The notes beneath the pieces are model-generated. The model had not been told where the DNA came from. It did not search any database and worked only from the letters and a program-made list of their open reading frames with translations. Of a DNA stretch of 64,000 bases, positions 29,112 to 37,342 are shown piece by piece (positions within the stretch are counted from its first letter, which is position 1; each line of letters starts with the position of its first letter). This stretch comes from Alphaproteobacteria bacterium (lineage in GTDB: Bacteria > Myxococcota_A > UBA796 > GCA-2862545): contig JACKER010000007.1 in assembly GCA_020632925.1 (NCBI GenBank), positions 244,910 to 308,909 on the forward strand, given 5' to 3'. A program made the translations under genes and the position numbers.

Positions 29112-31076
29112 CTACTGCTGCGTGTTGAACCGCAGCGTGGTGGTCTTGCCCGGCTCGAACGTGTGGCGCTCCGTGAGGTCGAGCCCGGTGGTCGGGTTGG
29201 CGGCGCGGATCTCGTGCGGCCCGGCAGGCACCTGGAGCTCCTTGAACGGAGCGGTCTTGGGGAGCTTCTCGCCGTCGACGTAGATGTTCGCCCACCCGCC
29301 GCCGAGCAGCGTCACGGTGAGCAGGGGCGGGCTCGCGACGGGCTTGAGGTTCGAGGAGATCCGGTTCGTTCCGGGCTTCACGCTGCGGACGCCCGTCTTC
29401 GCCGTCTCGTACCCGTCGAGCCGCAGGTCGATGTTCACGGCGTCGCCGACCGACACCTTGCTCCAGGTGCAGGGCGTGGTGCAGATCTGCTTGCCGTCGA
29501 GGAGCACGGCCGCGCCCGAGGGGCTCGAGCGGATATCGAGCTCCGGGGGACCGGTCGGCTCGGGGGCCTGCGTGGGCACCGGCTCCGTCGGCTGCGGATC
29601 CGGCGTCGCCACCGGGATCGCGGCCAGCTGCTTGACCACCTTCACGATGCGGCCCTGCTCGACGTTGACCGACTCCTCGAGCGGCTCGTATCCCTCGGCC
29701 TCGAGGCGGACCGTGTACGTCCCGGGGGCCATGTCCTCCAGCATCACGCTGGTCCCGTTGCCCTTCTCGACGCCGTCCACGAGCACGCGCGCCGCGGGGA
29801 AGACCGTCACGTCCAGGATCGTCCGCTCGGCCGGCTGGGTCACGATCACGCCGTTGGGCGGTGCGTTGGGCGGCGGCTGGGTCCACACGAAGTAGACGAT
29901 GGCGGCGAGCGTGAGCCCGCCGAGCACGAAGAGCCCCACGCTCGCCCCGGCGATCCAGGGGACGACCGCCTGGACCGCGGTCTGCGTCACGTGCGACAGC
30001 GTCTCGCCCTGGGTTCCCTCCCAGTCCGCCGGCGGGAGGGTGTCCTTGAGCTTGCGGGCGAGCGTCTCGCCCTGCTGCAGCCGCGTCCGCTCCGACGCGA
30101 TCTCCTCGGCGAAGCTCTCCTGCAGGTACGCCCGCATCTTCGCCTTGAGGGTGTCCGAGGTCTCGGGGAAGAGGAAGTCGCGGAGGTCGGACTCGAGGTC
30201 GGCGGCCGATGCGTACCGGATGTCGCGGTCGCGGGTCAGCGCCTTCATGCAGATCGACGCCAGCCGCTCGGGCAGATCGGGGCGGAGCGTCTCGGGCGGC
30301 GTCACGTCCGCTTCGCGGACCTTGTTCAGCGTCGCCGTCTCGGAATCGGTCCGGAACAGGCGGCGCCCCGTCATCGTCTCCCACAGGATGATGCCGAGGC
30401 TGAAGAGGTCCGAGCGATGGTCGATCTCCGAGCCCTGGGCCTGCTCGGGCGACATGTACTCGAACTTGCCCTTGAGCATCCCGTCGCGCGTCTGGTACGC
30501 GTTCGACTCGGCCTTCGCGATGCCGAAGTCGGCGATCTTGACCTCGCCCTCGTACGACAGCAGCACGTTCGACGGGGAGATGTCGCGGTGGACGATGCCG
30601 AAGGGGTTCCCCTCGAGGTCGGTCTTCGCGTGGGCGTAGTGCAGGCCCTTGCAGACCTCGAGCGCGATGTACGCGCAGAGCTCCGGGGGCATGAACTGCT
30701 TGCGACGGGAACCGGCGCGCAGGAGGAAGCGGACGTCCTTGCCGTCCACGCACTCCATGACGATGAACCAGTTCTGCTGGATCTTCCCGAAGTCGTAGAT
30801 CCGGACGATGTTCGGGTGCTGCAGCTGCACGCTGACCCGCGCCTCGTCCTGGAACATCTCGACGAAGTCGGGGTTGTCGCCGATGTGCGGCAGGATCCGC
30901 TTGATGACGACCAGGTTCTCGAAGCCGCCGTGCGAGAAGGTCTTCGCCTTGAAGATCTCGGCCATGCCTCCGGCAGCGATCTTGTCGACGAGGAAATACT
31001 TCCCGAACGCGACGGGCTGGAACGCGGCGGGCTCGTTCGGTGCGCTGGAGCTGGTCTCTGACACGTCGGCCCCCAT
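29112..31076 (-). CDS. Ser/Thr protein kinase with a TM helix and three extracytoplasmic PEGA-like domains
   Basis: It carries 'HRDISPSNVLL' and 'DFGIA'. The PEGA-like region includes 'RVLVDGVEKGNGTSVMLEDMAPGTYTVRLEAEGYEP'. Confidence 0.85.
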   Translation of the reverse strand: MGADVSETSSSAPNEPAAFQPVAFGKYFLVDKIAAGGMAEIFKAKTFSHGGFENLVVIKRILPHIGDNPDFVEMFQDEARVSVQLQHPNIVRIYDFGKIQQNWFIVMECVDGKDVRFLLRAGSRRKQFMPPELCAYIALEVCKGLHYAHAKTDLEGNPFGIVHRDISPSNVLLSYEGEVKIADFGIAKAESNAYQTRDGMLKGKFEYMSPEQAQGSEIDHRSDLFSLGIILWETMTGRRLFRTDSETATLNKVREADVTPPETLRPDLPERLASICMKALTRDRDIRYASAADLESDLRDFLFPETSDTLKAKMRAYLQESFAEEIASERTRLQQGETLARKLKDTLPPADWEGTQGETLSHVTQTAVQAVVPWIAGASVGLFVLGGLTLAAIVYFVWTQPPPNAPPNGVIVTQPAERTILDVTVFPAARVLVDGVEKGNGTSVMLEDMAPGTYTVRLEAEGYEPLEESVNVEQGRIVKVVKQLAAIPVATPDPQPTEPVPTQAPEPTGPPELDIRSSPSGAAVLLDGKQICTTPCTWSKVSVGDAVNIDLRLDGYETAKTGVRSVKPGTNRISSNLKPVASPPLLTVTLLGGGWANIYVDGEKLPKTAPFKELQVPAGPHEIRAANPTTGLDLTERHTFEPGKTTTLRFNTQQ

Positions 31077-31092
31077 AACCGCCGATCAGCGT

Positions 31093-31938
31093 TCAGGCGG
31101 TAGGATCGGCGGGGCGATGGGGACCGGGCGTCGCGATGCGGCTCGACAGGTCGAAAGCGGCGCCGTTCGAGAGGATGTGCAGACGCACCCCGACCAGCTC
31201 GACGGGATCGCCGACCTCGGACAGTGCCATCGAGCTGTACGCGAGCTGACTCACGTCGACGACGGTGATCCCGCCGCTGCCCACCACGTGCGCGTGGTCG
31301 CGGGGGTCGATGAACGCGGCGGTGTCCTCGTCGAGCCCGAAGCCGACGCTGAACGGGTTGTACGACAGCGCCGTCAGCAGGCGGCCGAGCCGGTCCCGCT
31401 CGCGGAAGTGCTGGTCGATGATGATGCGGTTGGTCAGCCCCAGGCCGGGCGCGAGCGCCACCTGGCCCGCCCGTGGGGTGGCGCCCGAGGCGCCGTGCGC
31501 GATCATGTGCTCGCAGATGAAGGCAGCGCCGGCCGAGGTCCCGGCGACGTGCACGCCGCGGGCGTTCATCCGCCGGATCCGGGTGGCGATGGGCGTGCCG
31601 CCGAGGATGGTGGACAGGCGCAGCTGGTTCCCGCCGGTCAGGAAGATGCCGGTCACGCCCTCGAGCGCGTCCGACCAGCGCTCCTCCTCCGCGTGCTTGC
31701 GCTCGGCCACGTCGACGACGACGACATCGGCGATCCCGAGCTCCCGGAACACCCGCTTGTACGCGTCGCCCGTCGTCGGGAGCAGCGAGGCGGTGGGGAG
31801 GACCGCCACCCGCCCCTCGGAGCCGCCGCAGAGCTCGACGAAGCGGGCGAGGATGCGGCGATCGGAGATCTTGTCCTCGGCGCCGCCGATGGGGACGACG
31901 TAGCCGCGCGCGCCGGGAGAGGGTGCTGGGGAGGGCAT
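31093..31938 (-). CDS. cphB: cyanophycinase (S51 peptidase)
   Basis: It carries the catalytic-Ser motif 'GTSAGA' and 'GGNQ'. Confidence 0.85.
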   Translation of the reverse strand: MPSPAPSPGARGYVVPIGGAEDKISDRRILARFVELCGGSEGRVAVLPTASLLPTTGDAYKRVFRELGIADVVVVDVAERKHAEEERWSDALEGVTGIFLTGGNQLRLSTILGGTPIATRIRRMNARGVHVAGTSAGAAFICEHMIAHGASGATPRAGQVALAPGLGLTNRIIIDQHFRERDRLGRLLTALSYNPFSVGFGLDEDTAAFIDPRDHAHVVGSGGITVVDVSQLAYSSMALSEVGDPVELVGVRLHILSNGAAFDLSSRIATPGPHRPADPTA

Positions 31939-32031
31939 TCCGTGCTCCGCGTGGGGTGGGACACCCGGGTACCTGTCCCCGGACCGCGCAGCAAGCCCTT
32001 CGGGTCACCCATCGGCTACACTGCGCCGGTG

Positions 32032-32799
32032 ATGTGGTGGTGGATGACCAGCGCCTGGGCGGAGTGCACCTTCCGCGCCGGGCTGTCCGAGGTGACGACC
32101 GCGCTCGATTCGGCCGAGCTGGCGTACGTCTCCCTCGATGTGGCGCTCTTCGAGAAGGCGACGACGGAGGTCGACTTCGTCGTGCCCTGCCTCGAGGCGC
32201 CGTTGGACGTGGCCACGGCCGCGCGGCTCCACCGGCTGCGCGGGCTCGGTCGGTTCGCCGAGGGCGACACCCGGGGCGCCGTGCTCGAGCTCAGCACGGC
32301 CCGCGTCCTCGAGCCGGCCTTCGTCTTCCCGCTCGAGATGCTCCCCGAGGGCTTCGAGCTGCGCGTGATCTACGAGGGCCTGCCCACCGAGGCCTCCGAC
32401 GAGGTCACGCGCCTGCCGCGTCCGCGTGGCGGGAGCCTCGTGCTGGACGGCGCCGTGGGCCGGGACCGCGCGGACGACCGCTCCGTGATCTTCCAGCGGG
32501 TGGAGGGCGACGCCATCGTCCAGACCGCGGTGCTCGCGCCCACCGATCCCGTGCCCTGGTACCCGGGCATCTCGAAGCGCAGGACGGTGCTCGCGGTGTC
32601 GAGCCTGGCGACGGCCGCGGTGGCGACGGGCTTCTACGCCGCGGCCCTGCAGTCCAACAGCCACCTGTCGGACGCGACGTCGGAGGAGGAGCTGTTGCGC
32701 CGCGCGGGCGTGACCAACGTGCTCGGCGGGATCGGACTCGGCCTGTACGGGCTGGCAGGGGTGGGCGGCGTGGCCGCGGTGGTGGTGGGGCGCCCGTGA
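32032..32799 (+). CDS. hypothetical protein with a C-terminal TM segment
   Basis: This is the last 255 aa of a 663 aa ORF, starting at 'MWWWMTSAWAE'. No family was recognised. Confidence 0.4.
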   Translation: MWWWMTSAWAECTFRAGLSEVTTALDSAELAYVSLDVALFEKATTEVDFVVPCLEAPLDVATAARLHRLRGLGRFAEGDTRGAVLELSTARVLEPAFVFPLEMLPEGFELRVIYEGLPTEASDEVTRLPRPRGGSLVLDGAVGRDRADDRSVIFQRVEGDAIVQTAVLAPTDPVPWYPGISKRRTVLAVSSLATAAVATGFYAAALQSNSHLSDATSEEELLRRAGVTNVLGGIGLGLYGLAGVGGVAAVVVGRP

Positions 32800-34454
32800 A
32801 GCGCCTGGCGCTCCTCGATCCCGGGACGCGCATCGATCGGTACGTGGTGCTCGACGTGATCGGCCAGGGCGGGATGGCCGTGGTGTACCGCGTGCGGCAC
32901 GAGAGCCTGGGCAGTGTGCACGCGCTCAAGGTCGTGGGTGTGCCGAGCCGGAGCATCATGCAGCGGCTGTTGGCCGAGGGGAAGGCGCAGGCCAGGGTCC
33001 GGCACCGCAACATCGTCGCCGTCCACGACGTGATCGAGGTCGACGGCTCGCCCGGGCTGGTGATGGAGTACGTCAACGGCCCCTCGCTCGACGGCCTCAT
33101 CCACCACGTGCAGCTGGACCTGGTCACCATCGATCGCATCGGTCGGGCCTTGCTGCGTGGGGTGCAAGCCGCCCACGACGCCGGGCTCATCCACCGCGAC
33201 CTCAAGCCCGCCAACGTCCTGGTTTCGCTCGAGGACGACGGGCTGATCCCGAAGATCGCGGACTTCGGGCTGGTGAAGGACGTGGCCGTGGGCGGCGACA
33301 CCCGCACCGGCTCGATGATGGGGACGCCGAACTACATGTCGCCGGAGCAGATCCGGGACACGAAGTCGGTCGACCACCGCACCGACCTGTTCGCGCTCGG
33401 CGCCATCCTGTACGAGCTGGTCACCCAGCGGCTGGCCTTCAGCGGCAACGACGTCCTCGACATCTTCAACCGCATCGACCGCGGGCAGTACACCCCCCTG
33501 GGCGAGCTGCGCCCCGACGTGCCGCAGCGGATGGTCGAGGCGATCGAGGGCGCGCTGGCGGTCGACCGGGACCGGCGTTGGCCGGGTTGCGCCCGGATGC
33601 TCGAGGTCTGGTGCGGCGACGTCCTGGACCAGCAGATCCCGGCGATCCAGCTGCCTGAGGACACGGTGGAGTGGATCCGCTCCAGCACGACGCTCGTGCC
33701 CGACAGCGTCCCGCCGACACCCGCCGGCACGGCCGTGCCACCCTCGGACGCCGCGGACTCCAACGCGCCGATGACCTGGGCACTGGACGGCGCGGTGAGC
33801 GAGGAGTCTCCGGCCCTGGATCTCGACGCACACGCGCGGCGGCCCGTCTGGCTGGTCGGGGCGGGTGTCGCTGGCCTGGCGCTGCTCTGCGCGGGCGGCC
33901 TGGGCCTCGGCCTGGTGGGGGGCGCGGGCTCCTGGTGGGCGAGCAGACCGCCAGATCCCGTCCCCGTCCCCGTCGCCGCTCCTCCTACGCCCGCTCCCGC
34001 TCCCGCTCCCGCTCCCGCTCCCGCTCCCGCTCCCGCTCCCGCTCCCGATCCCGCTCCCGCTCCCGCTCCCGATCCCGCTCCCGCGCCGACACCCACGCCC
34101 CCCAGCCCACACCCCACCCCAACACCCGTCCCCATCCCGACGCCGACGACGCCGGACCCCGCGCCCGTGCCGGTACCCGAGCCCGTCCCCGTCCCCGTCC
34201 CCGCGCCACCCTCCGCCACCACGACCGCCACGGTGGCCGTCCAGGGCGACGCGACCTCCGTGCTCCTGCGCGACGGCGCCGGCGGCTCGGTCGTCCCGGG
34301 TGGCTCCGTCCCGCCAGGGTCCTACACTGTCCTCGCGACCTTCCCCGGCGCCCAGGAACCCGTCCAGATCGCCACGGGTGTCGCCCTCGCGGCGGGTGAT
34401 CGCATCCTCATCGTTTGCCAGTCCCAGTTCCGTCGGTGCAACATCAGAAGATGA
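32796..34454 (+). CDS. Ser/Thr protein kinase with a TM helix, a Pro-Ala repeat linker and a C-terminal PEGA-like domain
   Basis: The GTG at 32796 overlaps the upstream stop as GTGA. It carries 'HRDLKPANVLV' and 'DFGLV'. Confidence 0.8.
   Translation: MKRLALLDPGTRIDRYVVLDVIGQGGMAVVYRVRHESLGSVHALKVVGVPSRSIMQRLLAEGKAQARVRHRNIVAVHDVIEVDGSPGLVMEYVNGPSLDGLIHHVQLDLVTIDRIGRALLRGVQAAHDAGLIHRDLKPANVLVSLEDDGLIPKIADFGLVKDVAVGGDTRTGSMMGTPNYMSPEQIRDTKSVDHRTDLFALGAILYELVTQRLAFSGNDVLDIFNRIDRGQYTPLGELRPDVPQRMVEAIEGALAVDRDRRWPGCARMLEVWCGDVLDQQIPAIQLPEDTVEWIRSSTTLVPDSVPPTPAGTAVPPSDAADSNAPMTWALDGAVSEESPALDLDAHARRPVWLVGAGVAGLALLCAGGLGLGLVGGAGSWWASRPPDPVPVPVAAPPTPAPAPAPAPAPAPAPAPAPDPAPAPAPDPAPAPTPTPPSPHPTPTPVPIPTPTTPDPAPVPVPEPVPVPVPAPPSATTTATVAVQGDATSVLLRDGAGGSVVPGGSVPPGSYTVLATFPGAQEPVQIATGVALAAGDRILIVCQSQFRRCNIRR
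33988..34086 (+). repeat. in-frame (cccgct)n hexanucleotide repeat encoding the PAPAPA linker
   Basis: About 15 tandem cccgct/cccgat units. Confidence 0.7.
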
Positions 34455-37342
34455 AGACCTTCCTCGATCCTCGCGTTCTGCTCACGCTCGTGCTGTTCGG
34501 CTGCCCGTTCGCCGGAGACGGACGACTGGATCGGGTGCGCGACGCGGATGGCGACAAGGACCCGGCGATCGCCTTCGGCGGGCACGACTGCGACGACACG
34601 AACCCGAACGTGAACTCCAACGCGGTCGAGGACTGGTCCAACGACATCGACGACGACTGCGACGGCAACGCGTTCGACCAGGACGGCGACGGGTATCAGC
34701 GCGACGTGGACTGCGACGACGAGGACGCTGCCGCGAACGTCGACCGCACCTGGTACGAGGATGGCGACGGCGACGGCTTCCGCGGCATGACCGGCGTGGT
34801 GTCCTGCCGCGCGCCCGGGGAGGGGTGGGTCGCCGAGCAGGGCACCGACTGCGACGACACCGACGCGCTCGCCTTCCCGCAGGCGCAGGAGACGCTGTGC
34901 GACGGGGTCGACAACGACTGCGACGCGGAGATCGACGAGTCCGACGACGTGACGTACACCTCGTGGTGGCCCGACCTCGACGGCGACCACTTCGGCGACC
35001 GCCGCGAGACCCCGGTGAGCACCTGCGACGGGGCGCCGGGTGTCGACTGGGCCGACAACCAGCTCGACTGCGACGACGCGGACGCGACCCGGAGCCCCGA
35101 CGCCGACGAGGTCTGCGACGACATCGACAACGACTGCGACGACGACGTGGACGAGCCCGGCGACGTCACCTGGACGACCTACTGGCTCGATCTGGACGGC
35201 GACGGCGCGGGGTACTCGGGGAACACCTGGTCCGCGCCCGGCGTGCCAGCGTTCACGGAGGATGCCGGCAGCCTGAGTTCCTGCGCCGAGTCCGCGCCAG
35301 CCGGGTACGCCGACAACCAGGACGACTGCGACGACAGCGATCCCGACGTGCAGTGGTTCACCTGGTACCCGGACGGCGACGGTGACGGCTACGGCGCCTC
35401 GGGGAGCCAGGGCGTCGACGGGTGCTTCGGTCCGGCCACGACGGTCGCCAACGACGACGACTGCGACGACGCGGACGCCGAGGAACACCCCGGAGCACGG
35501 TGGTACGACGACCTCGACGGGGACGGCTTCGGCGTGGCCGGCGCCCCCGTGACCAGCTGCACGCGCCCGGCCTCCAAGGTCGCCGACGCGACGGACTGCG
35601 ACGACGACGACCCCGACGTCCACCCCGGCGCCCCGGGCGAGCAGGTGCACGACGGGGTGGACACGAACTGCGACGACGCCACCGAGTTCGACGGCCCGGA
35701 CGCGAACGACCTGCCCGATCTGGCCTGCGGACCCACCATCGCGTACGACGTGGACCCGAGCACGCTCCAGCAGGCGCTCGACGCCGCGGGCACCTGCAAG
35801 GTGCTGATCATGCACGTCAGCGCCGACCAACACTTCTACGGACCGGTCACGCTGCCCGCCTCCGGGGAGATCGCGCTGATCGGGGCTCCGTTCGAGGACG
35901 TGGCGTTCGTGTCGCCGATCGGTGGTCAGGCCATCGTGGGACCGCCCGGCTCGTCGGTCGACCTGCTGATCGAGAAGGTCACGTTCCAGGGCTGGGACAC
36001 CGCGGTGGCCCTCAACGACGGCTCGCTGACGCTGTCCGAGGTCCTGGTGTCCGACGGCGAGGGGGTCACCCGGCGGACGGGCGGGGACGGCCTGGCCATC
36101 TACGACTCGGCCTTCACCGGCGTCGATCTGATCTACGACCCGAGCTGGACCGGCGGAGGCCGCTTCGCGGACGTGTCGGCCGAGCGGGTGGTCGCCGCGT
36201 TCGCCGTGGCGCCGCACGTGGTGTTGCTGGGGGGCACCAGCACGACGTCCTGGCGGGACCTCGTCGTCACGAACAGCGCCGCCATCGTCAGCGTCCTGCA
36301 GATCCCCGACCCGCTGTTCAGCGTCGCAGCACGGAACGTCGCGATCGACGGGTTGGTCGTCCGCGACTCGCTGGGTCGGGCGCTGGACGTGCCTTCCCGC
36401 AACGGCGACGACATCGTGCTGTGGAACGTCGCGCTCGACGGGAACATCTCCGTCGACCGCGGGCTGGTGGCGGTTCAGGGTCCCGGGTTGAGCCTCCAGG
36501 GCCCCACGCTCGACGTGGAGAACCTCGTCGCACGCGACAACACGATGGAGGTGTTCTCCGCGACCCAGAGCGACCTCCGCTCGCAGGCCATGTTCGACTT
36601 CACCGGCGTGGGCACCACGATGGAGGGCGTGACCCTCATCGGCAACGAGACGGGCGAGAGCTGGCTGCTCCAGGGCGAGGGCGCGGGATCCCACGTGGTG
36701 CTCGCGGGCACGGGCGACCGCGGGCTGCGGTTCGGCGGCACCCTCGACCACCTCACCTTCGTCGGGTTCGGCGCAGGCGTGGACGCCATCGACAGCTACC
36801 TCACGTCGGATCTGACGCTGCGCGACGCGATCGTGGACCAGTCCGGGACGGCGCCGCTGACCGCACGCCTCCACCTCGACCGGGTGATCATCGGGCCGGA
36901 CAGCGCGCTGACCTGTGGGCTGCTCGAGGCCTGCGTGGAGCGGACCGACCCGCTCTTCCTCCGGTACGACCCGCTCGCCCCCTCGGAGCTGTGGGACTTC
37001 CGCGTCCTGCCGCCGAGCCCCGCCATCGCGGGCGCGGGCAGCTGCCCGTTCACCGGCGCGTGCGATCTCGGCGCGTACACCCCGGCGAACGTGCCCGAGC
37101 AGTACGACGACGCCGACGGGGACGGCTTGTACGACACCTGGGAGGAGCAGTTCTTCGGCGACGCCGCGCTGTGTCTGCCGGGGCAGAACGCCGATGGCGA
37201 CGGCTTCACCAACGGCCAGGAGTTCTTCTCGGGTACGCTCCCGACCATGAGCGACTTCGATCTGGACGGGCTCCTCGACGGTCCGGCGGACACCCCGACC
37301 GAGGACTGGGACCAGGCGCCCTGGGATCCTGCACACGGATGA
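34451..37342 (+). CDS. large secreted lipoprotein with N-terminal Cys/Asp-rich putative metal-binding (MopE-like) repeats, a central parallel beta-helix-like region and a thrombospondin-type-3-like calcium-binding C-terminus
   Basis: The ATG overlaps the kinase stop as ATGA. The lipobox 'LVLFGCPFAG' is present. About 6 repeats of 'DCDDxD..P(G/A)A.E.CDG.DNDCD' follow. The C-terminus has 'DADGDGLYDTWEEQFFGD...NADGDGFTNGQEFF'. Confidence 0.65.
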   Translation: MKTFLDPRVLLTLVLFGCPFAGDGRLDRVRDADGDKDPAIAFGGHDCDDTNPNVNSNAVEDWSNDIDDDCDGNAFDQDGDGYQRDVDCDDEDAAANVDRTWYEDGDGDGFRGMTGVVSCRAPGEGWVAEQGTDCDDTDALAFPQAQETLCDGVDNDCDAEIDESDDVTYTSWWPDLDGDHFGDRRETPVSTCDGAPGVDWADNQLDCDDADATRSPDADEVCDDIDNDCDDDVDEPGDVTWTTYWLDLDGDGAGYSGNTWSAPGVPAFTEDAGSLSSCAESAPAGYADNQDDCDDSDPDVQWFTWYPDGDGDGYGASGSQGVDGCFGPATTVANDDDCDDADAEEHPGARWYDDLDGDGFGVAGAPVTSCTRPASKVADATDCDDDDPDVHPGAPGEQVHDGVDTNCDDATEFDGPDANDLPDLACGPTIAYDVDPSTLQQALDAAGTCKVLIMHVSADQHFYGPVTLPASGEIALIGAPFEDVAFVSPIGGQAIVGPPGSSVDLLIEKVTFQGWDTAVALNDGSLTLSEVLVSDGEGVTRRTGGDGLAIYDSAFTGVDLIYDPSWTGGGRFADVSAERVVAAFAVAPHVVLLGGTSTTSWRDLVVTNSAAIVSVLQIPDPLFSVAARNVAIDGLVVRDSLGRALDVPSRNGDDIVLWNVALDGNISVDRGLVAVQGPGLSLQGPTLDVENLVARDNTMEVFSATQSDLRSQAMFDFTGVGTTMEGVTLIGNETGESWLLQGEGAGSHVVLAGTGDRGLRFGGTLDHLTFVGFGAGVDAIDSYLTSDLTLRDAIVDQSGTAPLTARLHLDRVIIGPDSALTCGLLEACVERTDPLFLRYDPLAPSELWDFRVLPPSPAIAGAGSCPFTGACDLGAYTPANVPEQYDDADGDGLYDTWEEQFFGDAALCLPGQNADGDGFTNGQEFFSGTLPTMSDFDLDGLLDGPADTPTEDWDQAPWDPAHG

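Noticed and set aside
29098-30753. N-terminal 550 aa of the 993 aa ORF 27772-30753
   Set aside because: It is out of frame with, and overlaps, the bona fide kinase 29112-31076. Only the C-terminal 441 aa form the P450, from the GTG at 29097 with a GGAGG RBS.
35422-37338. Upstream 640 codons of the 1418 aa ORF 35422-39678
   Set aside because: It overlaps lipoprotein 1 in another frame and is Arg/Gly-rich. The real gene starts at the lipobox Met at 37339.
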